Of a stretch of DNA of 63,410 bases, positions 54,523-62,735 are shown one piece after another; within the stretch, counting starts at the first letter, position 1; each line of letters opens with the position of its first letter. The DNA lies in NCBI GenBank assembly GCA_902774305.1, contig CACYHY010000002.1, positions 1-63,410 of the forward strand, in the 5' to 3' direction. A program made the translations under genes and the position numbers. The notes below the pieces were generated by a model that saw only the letters and a list, made by a program, of their open reading frames with translations, was not told the DNA's origin and ran no database searches. This stretch comes from an uncultured Pseudomonadota bacterium. GTDB lineage: Bacteria > Pseudomonadota > Alphaproteobacteria > Rs-D84.

Positions 54523-55947
54523 TTATAACAACTCTGAATGAAAATGTGCATATATTTTTTTTGCAGCGGCTTTGCCCAATGTTGGGGTTAGTTCCAGTTG
54601 TTGTAATGTTGCGTCCATAATATTACGAACAGAGCCAAAATGCTGGATAAGTGCATGTTTGCGTGTTGGACCGATTCCTTCAATTTCATCCAAGACTGAT
54701 GCTGTTATTTGTTTGGCACGACGATTGCGATGATATGTGATTACGAATCTGTGTGCTTCATCACGTACTGCGCGTAACATTAAAAATAGTGATGAATCTT
54801 TTGGTAGTTTTGTATAAATACTGCCGTCTGGTAAAATAAAGTGTTCATCGCCATTACGGACTTCGCCCTTGGTAACACCGAAAATTGGGATGTTTGGTGC
54901 AACTTTATGTGCGATGTTCCATTGTGCAATTCCACCATCGACAATTATTAAATCCAGTTTCGGGCCATGCGCCACTGCGCGTGAAACAAATTCAGCCATC
55001 ATACCAATATCGTTTCCTGCATTGGATTTTGTTTGTAATTTGAAATGCCGATAGTCTGTTTTTGTAAATCCGTTATGACCAAAGCAAATCATGGCCCCTA
55101 CAGAGTTTTTCCCAAATAGATGTGAATTATCAAATACACCGGCACGTTCAATTTTAATGTTTAATAACTTTTCTAATTCAGAAACATTTTTATCCCAATC
55201 AAGATTTTTTTCATGCGTAATTTTATTGTGGCGACCACGACTAGCTGTTTGGGTCAGGGCGATAATTTTGTCGCGTGTAGCAGCGGCTTTTTCAAAATCC
55301 ATTTCATCAGAATATTTTTTCATATCATTTGATAATTCTGCGATGATTGGTTCTGTGTCGCCCGTTAAAATGCGGCGTGCTAATGCAACATTTTTTTGAT
55401 AATCGGGTTGGGGCAGGCAACAAGGTGCACTGCAACGACCAATTTGATATAGTAAACATGGGCGGGTGCGATTGTGCATAAATGTGTCGTTACATGTGCG
55501 TAGCCGGCATACTTTCTGAATCATTTTTATTGTGTCATTTAATGCAGTAACAGACGGATATGGTCCAAATACATCACGACGTTGGGAAATTTTACCACGA
55601 AATTTCAAAAGTCTGGGGAATTCGTGTGCCGTCAATGCCAACATTGGGTACATTTTGTCGTCCATCAACATAATGTTGTATTTTGGCTTTAATGTTTTTA
55701 TCAATTCTTGTTCGCGTATCAGAGCCTCGGCCTCGGTTGGACAGATTTCCCATTCAACACGTGTAACCAGACTGCGCATCACTTGTTTGTGCAGTTCCAG
55801 TTTTGAAATGTCTGTATATTGCCGTAATCGATTCGCAAGATTTTTTGCCTTGCCAACATATAAAAGGCTGGAATCTCGGCCATACATACGGTATGTTCCG
55901 GGGGCGTCTGGTGCGTTCGCAATTAAATCAGAAAATTGAATATTCAT
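54523..55947 (-). CDS. uvrC: excinuclease ABC subunit C (compact)
   Basis: 474 aa from the ATG at 55947. GIY-YIG (PGTYRMY...LLYVGKAKNL), UVR domain (DFEKAAATRDKI), and C-terminal nuclease plus (HhH)2 (IEGIGPTRKHALIQHFGS). Confidence 0.9.
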   Translation of the reverse strand: MNIQFSDLIANAPDAPGTYRMYGRDSSLLYVGKAKNLANRLRQYTDISKLELHKQVMRSLVTRVEWEICPTEAEALIREQELIKTLKPKYNIMLMDDKMYPMLALTAHEFPRLLKFRGKISQRRDVFGPYPSVTALNDTIKMIQKVCRLRTCNDTFMHNRTRPCLLYQIGRCSAPCCLPQPDYQKNVALARRILTGDTEPIIAELSNDMKKYSDEMDFEKAAATRDKIIALTQTASRGRHNKITHEKNLDWDKNVSELEKLLNIKIERAGVFDNSHLFGKNSVGAMICFGHNGFTKTDYRHFKLQTKSNAGNDIGMMAEFVSRAVAHGPKLDLIIVDGGIAQWNIAHKVAPNIPIFGVTKGEVRNGDEHFILPDGSIYTKLPKDSSLFLMLRAVRDEAHRFVITYHRNRRAKQITASVLDEIEGIGPTRKHALIQHFGSVRNIMDATLQQLELTPTLGKAAAKKIYAHFHSELL

Positions 55948-55995
55948 AATAAATATGATAGAATATAAAAAAGAAAAAGCAAATAGAGGTGAAAA

Positions 55996-56433
55996 ATGAG
56001 ACAAGAATATGGTCGTTCAATGATTGAAATGTTGGGTGTTTTGGCAATTATGGGTGTTATCACAGTTGGTGCAATCAGCATGATTTCTTATGCTATGCGT
56101 ATGCAAAAACAAAGTAGCGTTAATGATGATGTGTATCAAATTGTGCTGGGGGTACGCCAATTGTTGGGTGAATATGATGACTTTACCAGAATTGATAATT
56201 CAACAATATTTACAGCGTTGGCAATGTCCAATAAGAATCCTTATGGTGGAAAATATACAGTCAGTGTGAATCCTTCGAATACTCGTCAATTTATTGTGAC
56301 TATTGATGGATTGTCAGATTCAGAATGCAAAGCTTTGGTGACTAAGGCATGGACTGATTCTGTGAGTGGCGCAACAGGTGATTGTGTAAGTATGGGTAAG
56401 GATAATGCTGTGTCCATTTTGTATGGAGAATAA
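55996..56433 (+). CDS. type IV pilin / pseudopilin-like protein
   Basis: 145 aa. Class III signal-like N-terminus MRQEYG|RSMIEMLGVLAIMGVITVGAI, with Gly at -1 and Glu at +5 followed by a hydrophobic helix. Confidence 0.7.
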   Translation: MRQEYGRSMIEMLGVLAIMGVITVGAISMISYAMRMQKQSSVNDDVYQIVLGVRQLLGEYDDFTRIDNSTIFTALAMSNKNPYGGKYTVSVNPSNTRQFIVTIDGLSDSECKALVTKAWTDSVSGATGDCVSMGKDNAVSILYGE

Positions 56434-56442
56434 TGAATTTAT

Positions 56443-57420
56443 ATGGCTGATGTGGTAACAGTATCTTTGGTCGAAGATGGCACAAAATTAATGCGTTGGT
56501 TTTTGCGTAAATTTCCAGCAATGCCTAATCGTGATTTTTTTAAGTTATGTCGTGGTGGACAAATCAGGGTTAATTCCGCACGTGTGGATGCTAACCGTAT
56601 TTTGCGTGCTGGGGATGCTGTGCGTATTCCACCAACAATCGCGATGTATGCAAAGAAAGAAAATGTAAAGAAAACCGAAACAGGCTCATTATTTTCTATG
56701 TCTGATTTAGAGACTTTGCGCAAAACAATCGTTTACAATGACGATGATATTGTTGTGTTTAATAAACCAGCTGGTTTGGCTGTTCAGGGTGGAACAGGTA
56801 TCAGAAAATCTATAGATAAAATGGCAACGGCATTGTTTCCATATGATAAAATATCATTGGTACACAGATTAGATAGGGATACCAGCGGATTATTGGTTGT
56901 TGCTAAAAATCAAAAGTCTGCGCAAGTTTTGGCAAATGCTTTTCAATCAAAAACTGCACACAAAGAATATTTGGCTTTGTTGAATGGTAATGTATCACCA
57001 AAGCAGGGGGTGATTGATAACTATATTGTCAAAGGTCAGGTTGTTGATAGTCCTGAACGTGTAAATGGCGGAACAGGGCAAAAACCACAACGTGCAATCA
57101 CAGAGTACAAGGTTTTATCAGATGCAGGAACATGTGTTTCTTGGGTGTTGTTTTCACCGCGAACAGGTCGAACACACCAATTAAGAATACACAGCGCATT
57201 CAGCTTAAATGCGCCAATTGTTGGTGATGATTTATACGGAACTGATAAAAAAGTGGATTCAGGGTTGTCTGCAATATTAGCAACAAATAAGTTGTTTTTA
57301 TTTGCTTATAGGTTAACATTTCATCATCCGCGAACAAATAAATTGATAACTTTGCGCGCAACTGTGCCAGATTTTATGAAATCTGTGATGAGTTTTTTAG
57401 AGTTTCAATTACCGGAATAA
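56443..57420 (+). CDS. rluC: 23S rRNA pseudouridine synthase, RluA family with S4 domain (RluC-like)
   Basis: 325 aa. S4-like N-terminus ending AGDAVRIPP, catalytic HRLDRDTSGLLVVAK, TGRTHQLRIH. Confidence 0.85.
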   Translation: MADVVTVSLVEDGTKLMRWFLRKFPAMPNRDFFKLCRGGQIRVNSARVDANRILRAGDAVRIPPTIAMYAKKENVKKTETGSLFSMSDLETLRKTIVYNDDDIVVFNKPAGLAVQGGTGIRKSIDKMATALFPYDKISLVHRLDRDTSGLLVVAKNQKSAQVLANAFQSKTAHKEYLALLNGNVSPKQGVIDNYIVKGQVVDSPERVNGGTGQKPQRAITEYKVLSDAGTCVSWVLFSPRTGRTHQLRIHSAFSLNAPIVGDDLYGTDKKVDSGLSAILATNKLFLFAYRLTFHHPRTNKLITLRATVPDFMKSVMSFLEFQLPE

Positions 57421-57424
57421 TAAA

Positions 57425-59473
57425 ATGACAAGACGTAGAAAGATTATGTTTTGGTTAAGAGTATGTAGCCTGTTTTTCTTGGGGCTGTTTGTCGCAGTTA
57501 TTATTGCGTTATCACAAGTAAATTTGGAAAGTCTGCGTGGGAATGTATTATCTGTGCTACAAAATGCTACGGGATATCCTGTGCAAATTGATGGTGTTGT
57601 ATCATGGAAATTTTCATTAAGACCGCGTATTGAATTAAATCAGGTGCGTGTGGCAAATGCGGAATGGGCAAAAGAAAAATATGGATTTTCGGCAGAACGT
57701 ATGGATGTAACATTGGATTTAATTTCTTTGTTGCGTAATCGACCAACAATCAAAACGGTTAAATTATATGATACTGCGATAAGAATTGAAGAAAATGAAA
57801 AGGGCGAATCGTCTTTGCAACCAATTAATAAGGTTGAGGATAATACAGAACAACCGTCAGATAAAATATCTCGGTTTCCTATACCTGATAGTCCGTTTGG
57901 AAAAATTGAATTAGAAAATTTATTGTTTGATAATGGCGATTATAAGTTCTTTATGCGTGGGTTACAGTTAAGGTATGTGCATCTGGAAAATCAGCGTGAA
58001 TATCATGGATGGATAAAACCACGTGATGATGTTTACCCGTTCATTGTTGTTCTGGATGAATATAAAGAAGACAGAAAGATTTATCCGATAAAGGTTGCTT
58101 TATCAACCGGTGGAAATGCATTGATTGCTAATGTTGCGCTGGAATCAAAAAGTAAAATACCAATCGATTTCATTGTCAAAGGTGACATTATTGACCTTCG
58201 TGCGATAAAAGATATTTTTGGTGTTGATTTAACTAATCTTCCAAAGTTGTCTGTGAATATTGCTGGTGGAATGCAAGATGAAAATACGTTGGTTGTGCGT
58301 AAGTCTTCTTTAACAATGCGTGGCACAGATATTAATATATCTGGAACTTATGATTGGGGTGGAAAAATTCCTGTGATAAAAGCAAACATATCTTCGAATA
58401 ATGTTAGTTTGTTAAAGTTGGTTCCAGAAATGTATTCTGGTTGGGTGCGTCCAAACAGAGAATTAAACGTTTTTCATGATATAAATTTACATGGTGCTGA
58501 TATCAGAAAATATGATTTAGACATCAATGTGGATTTTAAACATTTTATTGTTTATCGCGATATGGATTTAGTGAACACGAAAATGCATCTGGTATATAAA
58601 AATCAGAAGGGTCGCGTGGATACTGACTTGGTAATTGCAAATGGTAAAATGACTGTGGACGGTGATTTTACAATTCGTGAAGATGGTGAAATATTTATTC
58701 AAACAGGTGTCTATGCGCATGAATTTTCTATCGGGAAATTGATGGAAGAAATCAGAATACGTGATTTTATTGTTGGGCTGCCTTTGGATTTATACGGATA
58801 TTTTGAAGCGCATGGGAAAAATATGTCTGAATGGATGAAAACAATAACGGGGCCAGTGGTGGCATATTCTGTGGGTGTTGGTTATGCATATCCAAAATTG
58901 GTTGAAAATATTTATGGTGCGGATGTTTTAACATCATTGCGTCATAGTATCCAAGATTTGTTTACTGAAGATAAAAAACACGATAAGGCAAAAATTTCTG
59001 GTTTGGCAGTAAATCTAAAATTACGTGATGGTAATATAGAAACCAGTAATGGTGTTGCAATTGAAACAAATGCTATTAATGCAAGATTGGCTGGTGATTT
59101 GAATTTAGGTGAAGAAACAATAGATTTGGCTTTGACAACTGTTCCAGCGCGTGGGTTAAAGTTGTCTTTAACTGGCAATGTTGTGAATACTGTCGAAATT
59201 GTTGGTAATTTGGCTGAACCTGATATTAAAATAAATGGTGCGGCTATGGCGGGTAAAGTGGTATCTGCAACAGGTATAGGATTATTGTTGATGCCATTTA
59301 CAGGTGGTGTTAGTTTTGTGGCTGGATTATTTGCAGGTGGTTTATTGGAAAATTGGTTGGCAGATAGCGAACCATGTAAAACGGCTTTGAAAAAAGGTGC
59401 ACCTGTTCAGGATGGTGATCCAGAATGGTTGGATGTGCCTGTACAAGAACTGGCAGGGCGTGTTATAAAATAA
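57425..59473 (+). CDS. AsmA family outer-membrane biogenesis protein
   Basis: 682 aa. N-terminal TM anchor followed by a long beta-rich periplasmic region with AsmA-like N-terminal (LESLRGNVLSVLQNATGYPVQIDG) and C-terminal segments. Confidence 0.7.
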   Translation: MTRRRKIMFWLRVCSLFFLGLFVAVIIALSQVNLESLRGNVLSVLQNATGYPVQIDGVVSWKFSLRPRIELNQVRVANAEWAKEKYGFSAERMDVTLDLISLLRNRPTIKTVKLYDTAIRIEENEKGESSLQPINKVEDNTEQPSDKISRFPIPDSPFGKIELENLLFDNGDYKFFMRGLQLRYVHLENQREYHGWIKPRDDVYPFIVVLDEYKEDRKIYPIKVALSTGGNALIANVALESKSKIPIDFIVKGDIIDLRAIKDIFGVDLTNLPKLSVNIAGGMQDENTLVVRKSSLTMRGTDINISGTYDWGGKIPVIKANISSNNVSLLKLVPEMYSGWVRPNRELNVFHDINLHGADIRKYDLDINVDFKHFIVYRDMDLVNTKMHLVYKNQKGRVDTDLVIANGKMTVDGDFTIREDGEIFIQTGVYAHEFSIGKLMEEIRIRDFIVGLPLDLYGYFEAHGKNMSEWMKTITGPVVAYSVGVGYAYPKLVENIYGADVLTSLRHSIQDLFTEDKKHDKAKISGLAVNLKLRDGNIETSNGVAIETNAINARLAGDLNLGEETIDLALTTVPARGLKLSLTGNVVNTVEIVGNLAEPDIKINGAAMAGKVVSATGIGLLLMPFTGGVSFVAGLFAGGLLENWLADSEPCKTALKKGAPVQDGDPEWLDVPVQELAGRVIK

Positions 59474-59490
59474 CAAGGAGTAATAATAAA

Positions 59491-60252
59491 ATGGCTCATT
59501 TATCAGAAGCGATTCAATTAGGAATAATAATTGTTTTAGTATTGTATTTTTATAATAAACTGATACGAAATACTGCATCTGAAAAATTAGTTCGTGGTAT
59601 TTTGGGATTGGTTTTATTGTGGGGTATCAGTTTTGGTTGCTCAAGATTTCATCTGGATTTGATTGGTGGCTTTTTGCATTGGGTTGCGTTGTTCTTGTCA
59701 ATCAGTCTAATCGTTGTTTTTCAACCAGAATTGCGTAAGTTTATTGCGTTGATGGGTAATATCCAAGGATGGCGCAAATTATTTTCTGGAAATAAAAATT
59801 TGCGTGCCCGTGATACATCTTCGTTGGACGCGATTGTCAGTGCGGTTGAATATATGTCTGGTAAACATACAGGTGCATTGATTGTTTTTCCGTCCAGTTT
59901 GGATGAATCTGTTATAGAGCGCAAAGGTGTGATGGTGGATGCAAAAATTACCAATGAATTATTGCTAACTATATTCTTTAATAAAACTCCATTGCATGAT
60001 GGTGCTGTGATTGTAGAAAATAATCGAATTGCGTATGCAGGTGCAATATTGCCGTTGTCCCAAAATAATTTGAATTGGAAATATGGAACCCGTCATCGTG
60101 CTGCTTTGGGTTTAAGTGAGGTATCCAGTGCGGTTGTTTTAGTTGTGTCCGAAGAAAGCGGAGATATATCTATTGCAGAAAAAGGGAAAATAACTAAATA
60201 CGATGATTTGAAAAAATTACGTGCAAAATTAGAAAAAACTATGAAAATTTAG
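59491..60252 (+). CDS. cdaA: diadenylate cyclase CdaA (DisA_N / DAC domain)
   Basis: 253 aa from the ATG at 59491 (AGGAG RBS). Three N-terminal TM helices. DAC motifs GALIVF, TPLHDGAVIV, GTRHRAALGLSE, VVLVVSEESG. Confidence 0.88.
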   Translation: MAHLSEAIQLGIIIVLVLYFYNKLIRNTASEKLVRGILGLVLLWGISFGCSRFHLDLIGGFLHWVALFLSISLIVVFQPELRKFIALMGNIQGWRKLFSGNKNLRARDTSSLDAIVSAVEYMSGKHTGALIVFPSSLDESVIERKGVMVDAKITNELLLTIFFNKTPLHDGAVIVENNRIAYAGAILPLSQNNLNWKYGTRHRAALGLSEVSSAVVLVVSEESGDISIAEKGKITKYDDLKKLRAKLEKTMKI

Positions 60253-60272
60253 TGTTTTTTTAAAGTTGATAC

Positions 60273-60309
60273 ACCGCCAAAAGTAAATTTGGCGGTATTT
60301 TATTTTTTT
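60273..60309 (+). terminator. intrinsic terminator after cdaA
   Basis: accgccaaa / tttggcggt hairpin followed by a T-rich run. Confidence 0.7.
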
Positions 60310-60408
60310 GCGGACTTTTACTCTTGCGCCGAATCGGTGTTTTTTGATAAAATGCCATACAGAATGTAGGAAGAAAAAAGAAAAAAAAGAAAAGTTAGGA
60401 GTTTTGTT

Positions 60409-61527
60409 ATGGAATTTTCTGTTTTTCGTCAGGTTTTAATCCGCGCGTTGGGACATATGCAGTCTATCGTTGAAAAACGCGCAACCTTGCCGATTTTGAT
60501 GAATGTTAAATTAGAAGTATCGGATGATTTGGTTTTGTCTGCAACTAATGTTGATTTGGAATTGGTTGAACATGTGGCTGCTGATATTACTTTGGCAGGA
60601 AAAACAACTGTGCCTGTCCAAATGTTATATGATATTGTTCGTAAATTGCCTGATGATGCTGAAATTTCTTTCAAACAGGTTGGTGATCAATTGGTCGTGT
60701 CCAGTGGTCGTGCTGTATTCCATTTGCCAACATTGCCAGCAGAAAATTTCCCAGCAATGGCGGGCAGTAATTTAACCACTAAATTCCAAATGACCACAGG
60801 TGATTTGGCTCACTTGATAAACCAAACAAAGTTTGCAATTCCAACAGATGATGTCCGTTATCATTTGGGCGGAATTTATTTCCATATTTCCGAAGAAGGA
60901 AAAAATAAAATGCTGACAGCGGTTGCAACTGATGCACAACGTTTGGCTTTGTGTGCAATGGTTGCCCCATCTGATAGTGTTGAAATGCCTGCGGTTATTT
61001 TGCCACGTCGTGTCATTGGCGAATTATCAAAATTGTTGGAAGATGCCAATGTGGATGATGTGTTGATTGAATTGTCTGATACCAAGGCGCGTTTCACAAT
61101 TGGTTCTGCTATTTTGACAAGTAAATTGGTTGATGCCCAGTATCCAAATTATCGCGTTGTTATTCCAAAGGGTAATGACAAGATTGCCGTTATGGACAGA
61201 AAACAGTTTGTAAATGCGGTTGATTTGGTTTCTGTTGCATCGGTTGATAAAACAAAATCTGTTCAGTTGACATTTTCAACAAACAAATTGGTTATAAACG
61301 CATCCAGTCCGGATGCTGGAACCGCGACCCAAGAATTAGATATTGAATACAATGGCGATAATTCATTTACGGTTGTGTTTAATGTAAAATTCTTGTTGGA
61401 TGTTGCAGGTCAGGTCGAAGGTGATAAATTCCAAATGGAAATGCAAGATGCGTTATCACCAACAACTATTAAATCAACAGACAAAAAGACAGATGCATTA
61501 TTTGTTTTGATGCCAATGAGAATGTAA
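60409..61527 (+). CDS. dnaN: DNA polymerase III subunit beta (sliding clamp)
   Basis: 372 aa. Three-domain clamp length. N-terminal LxxxLxxVxxxVEKRxTLPIL and C-terminal LMPMRM. Confidence 0.92.
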   Translation: MEFSVFRQVLIRALGHMQSIVEKRATLPILMNVKLEVSDDLVLSATNVDLELVEHVAADITLAGKTTVPVQMLYDIVRKLPDDAEISFKQVGDQLVVSSGRAVFHLPTLPAENFPAMAGSNLTTKFQMTTGDLAHLINQTKFAIPTDDVRYHLGGIYFHISEEGKNKMLTAVATDAQRLALCAMVAPSDSVEMPAVILPRRVIGELSKLLEDANVDDVLIELSDTKARFTIGSAILTSKLVDAQYPNYRVVIPKGNDKIAVMDRKQFVNAVDLVSVASVDKTKSVQLTFSTNKLVINASSPDAGTATQELDIEYNGDNSFTVVFNVKFLLDVAGQVEGDKFQMEMQDALSPTTIKSTDKKTDALFVLMPMRM

Positions 61528-61543
61528 TAAGTTGTCGATTATT

Positions 61544-61571
61544 AAAAAAATGCGCCAATGGCGCATTTTTT
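61544..61571 (+). terminator. intrinsic terminator after dnaN
   Basis: tgcgcc-aat-ggcgca hairpin with an A7-run upstream and a T6-run downstream. Confidence 0.75.
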
Positions 61572-61634
61572 ATTGCTTTTAGTATTGAAAAAATTATAAT
61601 TGCATAGTCAAATTTTTAACCAAGGGGTATTATT

Positions 61635-62156
61635 ATGGCATCTTTTATTGCAAATGATATGCGTGTGGGTTGGGTTATTTCCCATAATGGAAAACGTTAT
61701 TCTGTTACTTCTATTACCAAGGTAAAACCAGGTAAGGGTGGTGCTTTTGTTCAGGCTGATTTGCGTGATATCGATTCGGGTAACAAGGGTGGTGATCGTT
61801 GGCGTGCCGAAGATAAAGTCGAAAAATTGATGGTCGAAGATTTGGAATGCCAATATTTGTATTCTGACGGTACAGATGCATATTTTATGAATTTAATGAA
61901 ATTCTTGGCGCCTGAAATGATGGTTCGTGCAAATTTTGTTGAAGGTCATCCTGTGTCAATTACTTTGCCAAAGACTGCAATTGCAACAATTGTTGAAACA
62001 GAACCAGCATTAAAAGGTCAAACTGCAACTGGCTCTGGCGGTAAACCTGCTATTTTGGATAATGGTGTTCGTGTTCAGGTTCCTGTATTTGTAGAACAAG
62101 GCGAAAGAATTGTTGTTAATACAGAAACTTTGGAATATGTAGAACGCGCTAAATAA
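61635..62156 (+). CDS. efp: elongation factor P (short form with internal deletion)
   Basis: 173 aa. KPGKGGAF loop, LKGQTATGSGGKPA, VQVPVFVEQGE. About 16 residues are missing after FMN relative to canonical EF-P. Confidence 0.85.
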   Translation: MASFIANDMRVGWVISHNGKRYSVTSITKVKPGKGGAFVQADLRDIDSGNKGGDRWRAEDKVEKLMVEDLECQYLYSDGTDAYFMNLMKFLAPEMMVRANFVEGHPVSITLPKTAIATIVETEPALKGQTATGSGGKPAILDNGVRVQVPVFVEQGERIVVNTETLEYVERAK

Positions 62157-62178
62157 CATAGTTATATCTTATAAATTG

Positions 62179-62209
62179 AAAATTGGTGATTTTTATCACC
62201 AATTTTTTT
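62179..62209 (+). terminator. intrinsic terminator after efp
   Basis: aattggtgat-tttt-atcaccaatt hairpin followed by a T-run. Confidence 0.78.
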
Positions 62210-62231
62210 ATGTTTCGATTTTGTTTTAGTG

Positions 62232-62247
62232 TTTTTTATGATATAAT
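62232..62247 (+). promoter_or_regulatory. extended -10 promoter module TTTTTTATGATATAAT
   Basis: Third exact copy of the 16-mer, 36 nt upstream of the ATG at 62284. Confidence 0.5.
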
Positions 62248-62283
62248 TTGTATAAGCAAACAGTCAACGATGAGGAAGGAAAA

Positions 62284-62628
62284 ATGAAAAAAATAATAGT
62301 TTTTGCTGGTATTATGGGAATGTTGTTTGTTTCTGGTGCCAATGCTGGGCCACAGGGACCGCAACTTGCCACAACAAATACTTTATCTGGTGAAGTTACT
62401 ACTGCTGGTAGTTATGTTACTGCTGTGGAAACAGCAGCAACAACGGATGCGGGTACTAATACAACTAATGGTACGACAATTTCAAATATGCAATCTGACA
62501 GACAAGGTTTGGCAGACGATGGCCCATGTGGAAACTATGATACAGCTAAATACAGTGGTTGTGGGTATATTTCCGCAGATGGTACCACTGGTGAAAAAGA
62601 ATGGGTTAAAATAAGAAAGGCTATATAG
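62284..62628 (+). CDS. small exported Thr/Gly-rich protein (unknown function)
   Basis: 114 aa from the ATG at 62284 (RBS gaggaagga). Signal peptide MKKIIVFAGIMGMLFVSGANA. Contains PQLATTNTLSGEV and a Thr/Gly/Asn-rich region. Confidence 0.55.
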   Translation: MKKIIVFAGIMGMLFVSGANAGPQGPQLATTNTLSGEVTTAGSYVTAVETAATTDAGTNTTNGTTISNMQSDRQGLADDGPCGNYDTAKYSGCGYISADGTTGEKEWVKIRKAI

Positions 62629-62700
62629 AATATAGCCTTGGATATAGTTTTGCATACAGTATCCGGTTTGGATACGTATGTGGTATGTTTTGTGTGTGGG

Positions 62701-62735
62701 AAGGACCGCAAGTTTTTCTTGCGGTCTTCTTTTTA
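62701..62735. terminator. bidirectional intrinsic terminator
   Basis: gaccgcaag-ttttt-cttgcggtc hairpin followed by a T-rich run, between convergent genes. Confidence 0.7.

Noticed and set aside
55948-56004. N-terminal extensions of track ORFs (uvrC to 56004, cdaA from 59425, gatA to 34673, parE to 51947, ATPase from 23636, dprA from 44716, plsY from 43286)
   Set aside because: Internal ATGs with better RBS context coincide with the start of family homology. Several extensions use non-ATG starts, overlap neighbouring genes, or lie upstream of the likely promoter.
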